DNA from: Trichoplax adhaerens
Taxonomy: Eukaryota > Animalia > Placozoa
NCBI RefSeq assembly: GCF_000150275.1
Contig: NW_002060954.1
Span: 62,001 to 126,000 of the forward strand
DNA length: 64,000 nt
Reading direction: 5' to 3'
Below the pieces are notes generated by a model. It was not told the DNA's origin and made no database searches. It saw nothing but the letters and a program-made list of their open reading frames with translations. Shown here piece after piece: positions 18,095 to 32,319 of the stretch. Each line of letters opens with the position of its first letter. Position 1 is the stretch's first letter. The position numbers and the translations under genes were made by a program.

Positions 18095-20224
18095 ATGGCG
18101 GAATATTTGTATGGTCTCCCGTTTTCAGTGGTAGATCCTCCTAATTTACGCTTAAAAAGGCCTTCCTGGTTAGTCATTCCAGGCCCAATGCTGGTCTTCT
18201 CAATCGTCATGCTTTCCTATTTTTTGGTAACCGGAGGTAAGACAGTACCATGCAGGGATAGATGGAAGATACCGTTTATACTATACATTAATTTAAAGAG
18301 TTCTGTTTCTCTATTGACAGTGAGTACTTTATTTTCATAGAACATAGTCTGGAGTCTGGACTCAGGACTAGTGCTACAATATCAGCACTATCCTTCATGC
18401 ACTCACCTAAATTAGAGCACGTTAATAATAATTAATTAATATATAATCTCTGAGCTCTCGGACATGTCTAATAAACTTCTAGTAGATACCTTGATTTTTA
18501 GACATCTAACTAAATTTGATTCAACATGTGAGAAGTTACTTCCATCCATTTTATTTTAGGAATAATTTATGATGTTATTGTTGAACCGCCTAGTATCGGA
18601 TCAACCGTGGACGAACACGGCCACTCTAAGCCGGTAAGACAAGACACACATGTTGAGAAACCTTCATCCGTAATAATGTGCTCATATACATACTGTACAC
18701 TGTACAAAATTTAGTTGCAATTCGTTCAGCACAATTTTAATTAAGACTAGTGCAAACTCCCGTCGCTTTGCTGACGGTTTACGATAATGTGCTTATTTAA
18801 CAGATAGTATTACCATTTGATAGACCTGTCAGAGGTTCAGTAACTTTTTACCGTGTATCCGAGTACGAGCGTTCACATGCACTGTGCTACTAACACAGAG
18901 TACATTTACATACTGTACCCTAGTATTGTATCATTAATTACAGCACTGGCTATCCGCTTCCATTCACAATGAACGGCAAGAATCTTTTAACAACTGCGTT
19001 CGTAGTGTTATATATCTTGATGCTCCTCAGCAGCTGCTATGTCGGTTCACAATGAACTGGAATAAGCAATTTTAGTGATATTCCCAACCTAACACAAAGC
19101 ACCTTTACGTACTGTAGTAGCGTAATCATTAATTACTAGTTACACTTTTCTGTAGACTATGAACGGCAAGAGTCACCAACAACTGCTGTCTCAGTACATT
19201 TCGGTTCAAAATGAACGGGAATAGTACTGTAGCTCTCTACTGTATATTCGTTCAGTAAATACGAGTTTACTTTAGTCGATAACTCGGAAGGAGATCGTTC
19301 TGCCAGAGTAAGCGGAATACAGTAGGTTCAAATTAAATTTTGATAATTAAATATAAGCAGTATGAGCGACTGCTACTCGTATTGTAGCCTAAAAGTCACA
19401 AAAAAATCTGTACCGTACTGTACTTTGGCCGATACTTGCGTGTGCCAGGCCGTATAGTATTACTTACTTAAATACTGATAGCCTACTATTATCATTCACT
19501 ATATATATACTGTATATTTTTGTTAAGGTTCTTACTCTTTACGTAAGTAACAAGTGTATTTCCAATTGAAATTGTTGAAACTTAGAATTAAAGAAAGTAA
19601 GGTTTCAACTAAACATTACCAACATTAACGATGTCTTCATAAGTCCTGCATTTAGAAACTAATTACAAATAATGCAAAGTTACCCTCTATTTATTAAAAC
19701 ATCTGTTTACTTCAGGTTGCATTTATGGCGTATCGAATCAATGGACAATATATTATGGAAGGTCTAGCCTCTAGTTTCCTATTTACTTTAGGTGGACTCG
19801 GGTTTGTTATCCTAGATAAGTCAAATGTGCCAACTATGCCGAAATTTAACAGATACTTATATTTGTTTTGCGGCTTTATCTGTGTGTTGCTGTCCTTTTT
19901 TTCATGTCGTGCGTTCATGACAATTAAATTGCCGTAAGTTTATTATTTCTTCTAATTATGCCTCTAATAAAGTATGCTTTATTCAAATAAAAGTTATTAT
20001 AATCGCTAACGCTTCTTCAGTGATCATATTTTGTATTCTCTTAACTACATATACGCGCACATATACAATTCGATACTTTAAAAACTGATTGCAAAAGGAA
20101 TCTTGTTTTCATTATGTTCTGTGATTTAATGTGGAAGATAGTAAATAAAAAATTATTATAACTACGAAATGAAAAATAATCACAATTTATTTCATATTTG
20201 CATAGGGGATATTTACAAGCTTGA
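18095..20224 (+). CDS. OSTC: Oligosaccharyltransferase subunit OSTC/DC2, 4 exons (~18095-18236, 18560-18633, 19716-19933, 20206-20224)
   Basis: [29 protein letters not shown]|[24 protein letters not shown]|[34 protein letters not shown]...FMTIKLP|GYLQA*. Confidence 0.96.
18747..18857 (-). mobile_element. Helitron-like element 3' end (copy 2, in OSTC intron 2)
   Basis: A|ctagtgcaaactcccgtcgctttgctgacggtttacgataatgtgc... is the reverse complement of 8786-8897 with only a few substitutions; homology stops at or immediately after CTAG|T. Confidence 0.7.
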
Positions 20225-20579
20225 ATGTCGCCATCCCTGGATGTCCAATTAGTAGGAAATGAAGTTTTGCGATATCGAAGATTTAAGATGTTAAAGAATT
20301 GTTTTAATAGTAACACTTGAGGAGATTTTGCTATATTGAAAGTAAATGAACTATATGAAATTCCGTCAAATGTTTAATTTAGTAAGAAATAAAATTAACG
20401 TGAGATTTTTCGGATTCCCTAGTATTAAAGTTTTATAATGAGACGACTAGCTTTCCTGAGTATGTCAATATATTGCAGTACAGAGAATGGCTTTGCTTGT
20501 TTGATAGTAAGCCATTCTTTATGGTAGATGGTAACTGAAACATATCATTGACTGTAGCTATGCAGTACTTTCTAATTTT

Positions 20580-20880
20580 CTATACAGTACGTTTCACTTT
20601 CCCCCAAGCTGCGTTGCAGATGCAGAAGTGTAAAGTACAGTACACAGTACTGTACCTTACAGCTTTGTACCACACATTGTACAGTACTTAATCGATTATA
20701 CTGTACTGTACAGTACACTACGCTAGGTAAATAACTTCGGTGCTGTACCTAGTACAGTACTACCTACGGACCACAATACACTGCGCTAAACCACTAGCTC
20801 ATGTACGGGACGGGACTTACTGCAGTATGGATAGTTTCGTAATACTGTGCAATCCACATATACTGTAGAGTACAGTACAC
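20580..20880. repeat. CAGTA/TACTG cluster between the convergent 3' ends of OSTC and FBXW7
   Basis: gtacagtacacagtactgtac, tactgtactgtacagtac and similar runs. Confidence 0.75.
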
Positions 20881-22046
20881 TATACGGTTCTGTGCACGTA
20901 TGAAGAGGTAAATTAATTATACAAAAAGTTATGCAACTGTACCTCGTAAGCATTAAAAAAAGCATAACTTTCACATTTAAAGTCGGACTGAGTAATTAAA
21001 TCGTATTTACTGTTAAAAGAATTTGTATAGAACTATACAGAGTGGTATCTTATAAAAATTGTGTAGACTGGCCGATTTTAATTATTATATATATATAATT
21101 ATATCATTGAAACTAGACCCATCAACGGTATAATGCATTATCACTTAACTAATATAAAGCCAAGAGGGACAAAGTATAAATGATCAACATTAATACCAGT
21201 AGCGTGATCAGGATCTTATCATTCTGAAGCTCAATAGTCACATAATACCTTGAAATATCCAGCGTCTCGATCACAATGCAATTGATTTATTGCACTGTGG
21301 CTTAGTAACTTCCTACATAGCAGATTTATTATCCAGTACAACACGTCGCTCCAAGATATAAAACATACTATATAACATATATAATAATAAATACGTACAT
21401 GATATGCGCATATATATATATATAAGCTGCATTAAAATAATAAAGATCGATCGAATATCAGTGTTTATAAATCTGTTCAAAATTAATATCCCTCGTATTT
21501 TCTCCGACTACTGTAATCCGTGTCATAACAAAGTATGACGCAAACGATTACTGCGATACTGTATGTTAAAATGTTATTTCCAATTTAAATAACATTATGA
21601 AATCTGTTTTGCATAAAAGAGTAAACAAGATAACCCACAGTATGCAGGATAAAAAGTTAAGTCTAGCAGATCTAAAGTATAAAAATCTTGATCTTAATAC
21701 ACATTTAAGCAAGATTTTAAACATAGTTATCATTATTCTAGACAACTACGTCAGGTCGCTCGTTGTTGCTGCTTTTACGAAAAATCCAATCAAAACCGAT
21801 TCCCAGCAAGATAAACAAGAAACCAAAATATGCATTTGACACGAATGAAATACGTATGTTCCTGTGGTAGTTTCTCGTTACTACATTATAACGTATACGT
21901 ACAATTAAGTTGGTACAGATATAATTTGCCACGTGTAAGCAAATACATAAGAGGCATGCACTGCCAAAGTGATTAAGCAAAAATTAAATATAGTAATATT
22001 TAAAACATACAAAAGATATCAAGTTCATCAACTCTGAAAACGCTAA

Positions 22047-25000
22047 TCACACGTCGAAATCAAGAATAAGCAATTTCGTTTCTTCCGTTCCATTTCTACT
22101 ACCAACCGCACATACAAGCCTCTTTTCATCGCAGCAGATTCGCCATACAACACCACCTAAAATGCGTACGTATTATCCGAATTATCAACATAAATGACGT
22201 TAACAATAGAATGATCTAATCAGTAAATAATTATAAAAGTTATAGGTACTAAATCTTTAAACTCACCGCTTCCACCACTATCTAATGAGATCAGGTCTCT
22301 AATGTAATTGCCAGTAGTAACATCCCATACTTTGACGGTTCCGTCATCAGAGCTAGTTATAACAAACTTGTTGACAAGTTCTAAGCAGGTTACCGCACTC
22401 TGCCATCAACAGTAAATATGAAAATTACATTACTAAATTACCAAGTCAGGATATGTGATTATAAATGAATCGTACACTACCAGACATGTAATGTATATGT
22501 GCGCGTATCTCATAACATCTTTAACTATTAATAACAGTACAATATTCAATTTAGCGGAATGCAAACTACTCTTGATTGAATATTACGTACATATGCATAA
22601 TCATCTATGTTAGTACAGTCAATAAATGCGTGCATAAAAAAGATACAGTCTACATACGGTTAACAAGAATGCTTTAATTAAGCTGAAAGTAGCTACTGAG
22701 CTACGTTTCTTAGGGTCAAGATACTAAAAGTTTAAAACTATTTTAATATAATTTCACTCTGATGTAAAATCACAGAAATGCACCTGAACTGACCCTGTGC
22801 TTATTCCGGCCTTCTAGGGTTTGTAGACACTGGCCGGTTCTAATGTCCCAGATCTGGAAGAAAATAAAACTTTACTATCATTATCTTCGCAAAAACCAAC
22901 TAAATTGATAATAATAAAAGAAAGTCGTAGCTACATATGCTAGTATACCTTCACTGTTGAATCCGCATTGCCGGAAGCCAATGTGTTATTTTTTAATTGC
23001 ATTCCACTTGTTAGAGATTGGTGACCTTTAAGTGATACGATCAGTTACAATCAATATGCACATTTCATGTCTATCGTTACGATCAACAGCTTAATTTAAT
23101 TCAAAAACCTGTAAGAACATGTTCACATTCGCCAGTTTCGATATTCCAAACACGAATGGATGTATCCAATGATCCGCTCACGATGTGAATTCCATCAAAC
23201 TATTGTAGTAACAAAAACCATTTCTTGTGAATAATGAAAGCATAACAAACATCGATACCATATATTACCTGCAGTGAATAAACTCGATTGCTATGCCCTT
23301 GTAAGGTACGCAGGCAGAGACCTGTATCCGGGTTCCATACCTTCACAAGAAAATCGTAAGCACCACTAATGATGTGTTTTCCATCAAACTGTACACTAAT
23401 GATATACGAAAAAATATAGACCTGAGTGAGATTACCGAATATTAGACGTTTAAAATACGCGCAACAAAATAAACCAACCATCGAACTGCCGCAACATGGC
23501 TAATTAACACTTTCAGGAGTTTACCGTCTTCAATATTCCATAAACGAAGTGTAGCATCCCTTGAACCGCTAACAACTTAAAAAAGGTAACGCACACATCA
23601 ATTCATTGACGATTATCTTATTACCTACTAATGTACATGAAAGCCACTGCTACGTTAATCAATAGAGTAAACTTGAGTTCATAATACCTCGAGTATCACA
23701 TGCATGTAAACATCTGACGGTAGATGTATGACCAGATAAAGTGTGAATGCATGCGCCACTATCTACGTCCCATACCTATTGTGTTGCACAATATGGATAT
23801 TGCAAACCCCTCTACAAGTTATGATATTACGTTTAATAAAGTAGCAGCTTCAATGAACATTGAACCAACCTTCAATGTTCTGTCAGTTGATCCGCTAATA
23901 ACGTAATTGTTGTGAAGTTGCGACGCCCACACACCTCCAGTATGCCCACAAAGAGTTTTTAGACACTAAATATAAATTAAAGCAGAATAAATCACAATGG
24001 GGGCATGGACTTGCAATGCAGTTCGCAACCGATGTTATATTCCTGGCAATAAAATTATTTTGACACAAAAATGAACTTGCTCATATTGCCATTTATCAGT
24101 AAAATAGATAAAATACGAAAGTAAAGTGGCACTATTCAGTATATGCTGTACCTTCCCCGTTGATGCAGACCATATTTTTACCGTATTATCATCTGAGGCG
24201 CTGATAATCTTATTATTGTAAAAGTGTAAGCACGTGATCTAATAGAACCCGTAAAGAATCCGGAGCAACAGAAAGTGAATGGCAGCAAATGATAGTAACA
24301 ACTAAAATTAAAAGTCTAAGCGGGTAAATATACTGCAATATTTCAATATGGTATCTATTTTCAATAGTAAATTGCTTAATAATCAAGTAGCAATCCAAGC
24401 TGATTATTTATACCGCCATCTATAGTTCATCCAAGTATTTCTTACCACATAATCATTATGTCCTTTTAACACTTTCATTGCTTTGTAACGTGCATTACGC
24501 CAATTGTGGTCCAGTCTAATGTAGGTTTGGTACACCTATATATCAGATCGAGCATGACTCTAGTATACTGTAGTATCGCATAAGCAAATCTGGACAGACC
24601 ACATTGCTCTGCAATTCGTCACAAAGCATAGAAGAAATATTTGCCAAAACCGTAATATAAAAATGTAAAGTATCAATAGTTTAGCACTTACTTTCTTCCA
24701 ATGGATCATTTGAAACCTTTTTTTGCCTGGTTTAGCTACAATGTCTTGAGATCTTACATCCATCTCGAAACATTTACGCTGCCACAACCTCCAGGGATAA
24801 TTAGAATTGTATCATAAATACTATTATTTAGTAATTTAAATAAGTAGCATAGAAACATAATACACGTATTTATTCGCCGTAAATAAATTTCATAACAAGG
24901 CTTACAGGTTATCATCGGCGATGCCTCTCCAATACCGACAAGTCTGAGCTGCGTTTAATATATCTTTAGGCCGTAAATAAGATAATACATGTAGCGCCAA

Positions 25001-26795
25001 CTGTTATGAATAAGATTTTACAGTGTAAGCGTCGAAGATACATTCAATAAAAGTAAAGTATTCAAAAATCCTTGCTCTACTTTATACCTCTTTGGGTAAA
25101 AAAGATATGAAATCCCTTTGAAAATGTGGTCTAACTCAAAAAAAATAGCAATAATTAATTATGAATAAGCCTATCTCCTACAACTAATTATCACCAGTAC
25201 AGTATATTATCGAAGCTTACTCTATTTGTTTCATGACGAACTTTGCTTCTTCCAATTTACAACTGGAAATAATGTAGAAAAAGACAAAAACGGTAAAAAG
25301 ATAACTTCTTAATTCCAATGCTTACGTATAGATATGCATGCTCTAAACTTGTATTTTTCCTTTAAATTCTTATACAGCAGTATACTTGTAACTAAACCAG
25401 ATTATTGAATGTACATAATTTATCAACAGTTATCAATTCTATTCGTTCAAATTATGGTTACATAAAATATATTATCATTATCTATTAATTATATTGCCAC
25501 CTGACAATCAAACGATCTCGACAATGCAATCAATATTACACGAGTAGGTTATAGTTACGCTATAGAAAATTTACAGATACACAATACAGCATCGCACTAT
25601 CCACTCTATAGAGAAACCAGTGTGCATAATACAGTAAATAATGGAGTACCAAAACAGTCTGCAATTTATCTACTAAAGAGCAGCTTGCACCAGGATTACA
25701 ACTACCAAGATTCACATTATACAATCACAATACAGTATAAAAATTCTAACAGTCTTGCTGCAGAAATTACGATTTTAATCCACGAATGCTGAATAACAAT
25801 CTAAGATGTAATTTAATCTTACTATGAATGCAGCAAAAATATCATATCTATAGTTTTTAATGTACAACGAACACTTGCAAATATTGAGTAATACATTTCA
25901 CAACTTATAAGGAACGTGGTATCTAAATCATCATAAATATGACCTTTCAGTGATCTTGCTCAAAGCACGCCGCCTCCAATCCTCATTCCAGTCTTGAAAT
26001 AAATTAACCCATCCATCGAGAATTTCGTCGTCGGCTGAACAGTCACCGCGCATGCATTGTTCTGAGCACTGACTGCAAATATCCACACCAAATTTATTAC
26101 GGTTAACTTAGCCATTATATGCAATTACTTGTATTCATACACATCTAATAGACTACTAATTGAAACGTAACATTCCTATAAATGAGGAAATTTTTAATTT
26201 TTATCATTTCTATTATAGGTCACAGTTCTATATCCTTACAATTGCTAGATATTTTAAAACATGGTCTCCATCAACAATCAGTGAATAACTTTCACCTCAT
26301 ACATTAACACATAGTTATCTCAAATTCATGCACAGTTACGTCCGGATATAATAATGAATGCTCAGCAAATCATTAAAAGTAATACTCCTATACAAAATGC
26401 AAGTAAAGGCTGCAATAAAACTATGAAATGTTCATGGCTATCTATAATAGTTATATAATTATATATAAGTAAGCCAAGTAAATAGGCATGTTTTAACGGT
26501 GCGCACCTGTAAGCTTTTTTATTGTTCCTTAATCTCTTTTGTACTCGCTTTAAACGGTGTAAAATAATGTTAATGAATCTCTGTCAGTGTGAAATATGTA
26601 AGTCATGATAGTCCTACCTCAAATATACGCATATATAACAAGCAATTTGCTACTGAATATTTACAAGTGCAAATAAACTGCTACGTTACTGAAAGACATC
26701 TTTATGAACATTAAAGTGTATACTATACTCTATAGCAACACGACCTTGGAAGACGAAGGCTGAGAATGGGCTGAGATCTCTTTGTTGCACTCCAT
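22047..26795 (-). CDS. FBXW7: F-box/WD40 protein FBXW7 (Cdc4/Ago/SEL-10 orthologue); start codon tentative
   Basis: [25 protein letters not shown] (dimerisation domain/F-box) followed by WD40 repeats [43 protein letters not shown] (the three phosphodegron-binding arginines are retained), and the end [29 protein letters not shown]. Probable ATG at 26795 ([10 protein letters not shown]); an upstream exon near 26920-26980 looks like 5' UTR. Confidence 0.94.
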
Positions 26796-26984
26796 CACAC
26801 CATTCCTGGAATGCCGAGATTAAAAGACTTAATATGATTACTTTCTACAAGGACTGACTAAAGTTGAGAATATTATATTAATAAATAATAACCAATAACA
26901 ATTTAGAATCCATATACAGCACCTTGTCGATTATGTTATGCATTTTACATTTTACTTTGAATTGAATTCGGGAAGCCTTAACCT

Positions 26985-27352
26985 ACAGTACGGTATAGTA
27001 ATAAGCTAAGCGGAGTAAGTACTGTACAGTAGAGCACAGTATTGTACCGTACTGTACAGTGTACAGTACTGTACAGTAGTACAGTACAGTACAATACAGT
27101 ACTTATTATTATTATACTGTACAGTACTGTACAGTACAGTACTATTTAGAATTAGTACTGTACAGTATTTGTCTCACTCGTGATTACTGTACTGTACAGT
27201 ACAATACAGTACAGTACAGTACCGTAAAAGAAAGAAGGAAAGAAATAAAAAAACCCATCGTACGGTATACTGTACTGCTCCCACAGTACTGCACTGCGCA
27301 GCAGTAAATTCTCTGGGAAAGCTACAGTAGTGTTTGAAACAGTAGTACTGTA
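26985..27352. promoter_or_regulatory. Probable bidirectional promoter FBXW7/CNOT6 with CAGTA/TACTG array
   Basis: Divergent genes with starts <1 kb apart; near-continuous pentamer repeats 27018-27222. Confidence 0.7.
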
Positions 27353-27627
27353 AAGGTGCAATGTATCTATTTCATTTCACTACAAGTCTCCATATACAGT
27401 AGACATTAATACTATGTATTCTACGCAGTGTGAAGTGTGGAGCTCAATTGAAGTTTTTGGATTCTTGGTGTAAATTTAGAATATTTTGGAATACGTACAA
27501 AATAAGTTCGATTAATACAAGTTACAATACTATACTTAGCATTAACCTTGCGAATGATATTATCGTACAAGGACTACGGATTCCCATTAATATTAATTAA
27601 CTGTGAGCCAATTTTATCATATAGCGT

Positions 27628-30155
27628 ATGTCAGCGAATTCTAAGCAACGATTTAAAGATAAATATAAGTATAAACCTCCTGATCCCAGGCGATCTCATC
27701 GGATACTAAGCGCAGAAGAGATCACAGCAGGCAAAGGTAGCAAATGGAGCGAGTTAAGAATAGAATCTAACGTGCGAATTTTATCTCCCAAGATATTTGG
27801 TATGCGCTTTTTGACAGCGCTGTATTTAAATGATAATAAATTAACCGCGTTGCCCAGTGAGATAAACCTTTTGGATAATTTAACCTACCTTGACGTCTCT
27901 AATAACAACTTGCGATCATTGCCCACGTCAATTGGTGATATGGTTAACTTGCGAGAACTCAACCTATCGAATAACAATTTAAGGAGGCTTCCTAACGAAG
28001 TAGGTAAATTATTCCTTTTGCAACATCTAAGGCTTCAAGGAAATCCTTTACCACCTGAGATTTCAAGTATTCACACCGAGACAAATGGCACAAGCAAGCT
28101 TCTGTTGTATTTATTAGACAATCTTGAAGGTGAGACTGGCAGAAGACAATCATGTCAATGATAGTGGTCTCTAGCTCTACAAACTGTACACTCACATCTA
28201 GCACGGTTTCTATACAGTATTTCCCGTCTCTTTCCTAACTTTAGTTGCGTTACCAATACTTGAATTCTGCATACGCGTAGTAGATGCTCTACGTAGCTGA
28301 ACACCTGAAGCATAGCCAAAGATTATACCTATAATTGCCATATGCAGTAAACGTATTGCGATAGCCCATTGTTGATCCTAGCTTAACGTTGATAGTGTTG
28401 CACGTAACGAATATTGCAATGTGTCTAAACTCGAAAAAAAAGGGTTTTTTTTTTATAAAGTTTTAGTTAGATATTTTTGGACTGATATACGTTCTAATGC
28501 TCCCTTTATCGACCGATGTCTAACATACTGTAGTTTAAAAGGTATTGTTTATATTACAGTTTGCCCTCAACCTCCTCCTAGGGACTGGATTTGCTTATCA
28601 GACAGCGGTCGAGAAGTGACGCGTAAGTACAATAACTATATCTCTGTTATGGTGTACATATGCAGTACTACATTATGAGACTGAACGATAACTGATAACT
28701 GCTAACAGTGTCATATGCTTACTGTATATATATACACTAGCATTAATTCTCCTTGCGTACTAAACAAATTAGTTCACCATTTCGTTTTATTATTTTTTCA
28801 GCTTATGCTTTTACCGTTATGTGCTATAACGTCTTATGCGAAAAATACGCTACAAGATCATCTTATGGTTATTGCCCAAGCTGGGCTCTTGCATGGGACT
28901 ATAGACGGCAAAATATTATGAAAGAAATATTACACTATAATGCTGACGTAATATGTTTACAAGTAAGGTTAAATAGTGTGCATTTCTTAGTATTTTGGGA
29001 ATTTCATTGTACGTTGGCATAACATACTTAGTTATAACGGTTTATACCTTGCTTCTACTTTACAGGAGGTAGCTACGGATCAATTTTATACGTATCTGTT
29101 GCCAGAATTAAAATTACACGGCTATGACGGAATATTTGGGGCCAAGTCTAGAGCTCGTACTATGGTCGAGCCTGAAAGATCTGCTGTGGATGGATGTGCA
29201 ATATTCTTTCGATTGAATAAGTATATATCTTTATATCCATCACTGTTAATTTTCACATAGCCTTATGTTATGCAATTATCAACTTTATTTTCGTCGATCT
29301 CTTCAAGATTTACACTAGTGAAAGAGGATCTGATTGAATTTAATCACTTGGCCATGATGCATGCGGAAAAATCTGAGGACATGATCAATAGAGTAATGAC
29401 AAAAGATAATATTGCTATGATATGTGTATTAAGAGTCAACAAAACTGATAGCAGTGGTAAACCATTAAGATTAATTGTTGCGAACGCCCACATGCATTGG
29501 GATCCAGAATTTTCGGATGTAAAAATTGTCCAAACTGTGATGCTCGTCCATGAAATTTATTCCCTCATGAAGACTATAGCGTCCGAAATCGATTGTGGTA
29601 AGCCGCAAGATTGATACTGAAAGTCTCATTAAATCTTTTTTGTACTACACGATTTCGATGATTAATCATGTAGGTACACGAATAAAAACTCCTAGTAACT
29701 TCTGCGTTATAATTCATTAATTAATAGCTATCTCAGAAATCCCATTGGTGGTTTGTGCTGATTTAAATTCACTGCCGTCATCAGCCGTTGTGGAGATGTT
29801 GACTTCCGGTAACGTTTCAGTAAAGCATCCCGACTTTAAGGGAAAGAGTTATGATGGCTATTTCAATAACTCGTGTAATATTTTAACTCGAGAAAATAAT
29901 TTAGTGTTGCCGTTTAAGCTTGCACATGCTGCCAATCAAGATTTTTTGCCATACACGAATATGACCTATGACTTTACTGGAATTATAGACTATATTTTGT
30001 TCCCTAGTAAGCTACTGTATCCTAGTGGAATTCTGGGAGGCTACAGTCAGGCATGGGTTGAGGAAAATAAGATTGTTGGATATCCTCATCCTCACGTACC
30101 ATCCGATCATATTTCAGTTCTCATTGAGCTGGACTTCAAACTCGGCCAAGACTAA
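27628..30155 (+). CDS. CNOT6: CCR4-NOT deadenylase CNOT6/CCR4, 6 exons (27628-28129, 28560-28622, 28802-28962, 29066-29220, 29308-29597, 29728-30155)
   Basis: N-terminal PPDPRR plus leucine-rich repeats; EEP nuclease motifs FTVMCYNVLC, YGYCPSWALAW, ICLQEV, KSRART, NAHMHWDPEFSDVK, CADLNS, GIIDYI, PSDH. Confidence 0.97.
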
Positions 30156-31480
30156 CCTTATACTGTGCGATGTTATCTTAAACGCTTTTCTTTCCCATAC
30201 TAGTATAGCAAATAGTCCACATACATGTCCTAGACTACTGAAAATGTACTATATATTTGGCCACATTGATACAAGATGCATGCACAATTAGATACCTATA
30301 GTTATAAGTAACTTGTAGCTTTACCAAACTTGGATATTAGTCACGTGTATGTATATCTGGCTATTATATATATATATATATTAGTATATAAATCCTTCTG
30401 ATTGTGGCGTTAAATTTCAACACGCTACTGGAGTCTCATTATGTAATCAATTTGGAGTCTATATATGTATTGTGTCATCTTAATTCGGTAGAAAGTTGCC
30501 AAAACTATTACTATATGCAACTTTTGATTAGTTGCTGGAACGTGACCATGCTCTACATGAAATCTTTAGATTGACATGATGCTGTAGTAAAATCATTTTT
30601 TTGTGTAAACATATAAAACATTTTATAAATGTGCAGATCATTCTGTATTGTTTCTTCGTCGTCAGCGAACGGTACTATCATGACCCACAATTACCAGTAT
30701 TAGTATCAAGAAGCAAAACTCTATGAACAGTGAGTCCATAATTCCAATATACAATAGAATTCCTCTTTATGAACTATAATTCATAGATGCACTGTGTTAA
30801 TATATAAATTTAACGACAATGAGCAAGAAGAGTAGAAGCGAAATCAGAACATTTGCACAGTAATGATTCCAGCAATATTAAGTACGGTACTTCCGTGTAC
30901 AATATGAAGAACAGATTGATTTCATTTAATTGGCTGCATTTATAGATCAGATATGGAAGTCAAAAGGATAAAATTATCTCTATAGAATTTGTGTCTCAAC
31001 GCTAGAAACACAACCTCATTCTCTAAAATATAAAAAACATGCAAAGGAAGCTGTTACAATATTCAATGACATACCGAGAAGATACAATTCTACAATAGCA
31101 AGCAGAAATTATTGAATTGTATGATGCAACTAGGATTAGCTACTTTTATTAATATTTAAGATATGAAGATGTTTCAAATACACAAATTTCGCCTTAAGGT
31201 ACATTAAATTAACGTTATACTACAGTGGTCATGATCTCTTCCGTGTAATATCTGCATCATGGGATCAAGATTGAGCTGCTTTTAATTCATTTTGAGAAAT
31301 AAATTATCTCAAAATAAGCAAGTTTCGACTTGGTGTACGCTGTATAATCACAATAATGATCTATTCCGTGCATTATCTAGTATATTTTACAACAATAAAC
31401 TTGTGAATTAAGGTGCAGCGTTAACATGCAAGAAAATGTAATATAGTAGTACCTATCTATAAACATTTGTTAGTATATCC

Positions 31481-32319
31481 TTAAATTGCCTTTTGCAAAT
31501 GTACACTTGAATCTAATCTAGTATAACCAGTATTTTGCGACAAATAGTGGCGAATTCCTCGACTTCGAACTTCTGAAATGAAATCAGCTACCTAGGTATT
31601 CATATAAAATGTTTTTACAAGAGCGAATTCAGTTTTAATACGTAGAAATGTAATATTCAGGAGATTTTTAGTATCCTATTCAATTTTTAAGTAAAGTAGA
31701 GAGTATAATTCTTACCAGTAGGCGATTTCTAAATATTGAAAATGCCAATGCCAATATCATGAGAAGGAAGAAGCATATTAACGGAAAGCGACTTTTTGCC
31801 GTATTATCATTACCCCATAGATTTGAAAACTGAAATTTAAATATTGGATCATTCTGTCTATATCTTCGAGAGGATTGCTTCTGGTTGAATGGAGCTATAG
31901 ACATTGAGGAAGAAATCAATACGTATAACGAAGCATACGATTGAAATTTTAAGTCTTACAGAGAGAATCGAGAAGCTAAACTAATCATAAGCTCTGCAAA
32001 CTGATATTAGTACACACTGAGCAAATAGCCTTATGTAAAATATATGATACGTATGTGTAATTACAAGCGTAGAGAAATCGCCACTATGTTTCCATAACAC
32101 TGTATTGTCCGTAGTAACTCATGCTCCACAATAGGGCACAAAACCTTGCTTACTTGGATTATTACCGCTACTATTCGTGTTCGTTATTTCAAAGCTTTGA
32201 TTTGCAGAATGATTTGGCTTTATTCTTTCATTCTCTACTGCTGGCTTAGAATTGACTAGCAGAATAAAGCAAGTTAACAATACGAAAAAGATGGAGAGAA
32301 TCTTTTGATCTGGCGCCAT
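31481..32319 (-). CDS. Small type I membrane protein (151 aa), TGN46/TGOLN2-C5orf15(KCT2)-like; exons 32154-32319, 31716-31894, 31481-31591
   Basis: Phase-compatible GT-AG splicing yields a signal peptide (MAPDQKILSIFFVLLTCFILLVNS), an N/S-rich lumenal part with NxS sequons, one TM (FPLICFFLLMILALAFSIF) and a tail RNRLLVADFISEVRSRGIRHYLSQNTGYTRLDSSVHLQKAI* with a YxxL sorting motif. Family call comes from recalled tail motifs (DYQRLD / EYHRLD). Confidence 0.75.
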
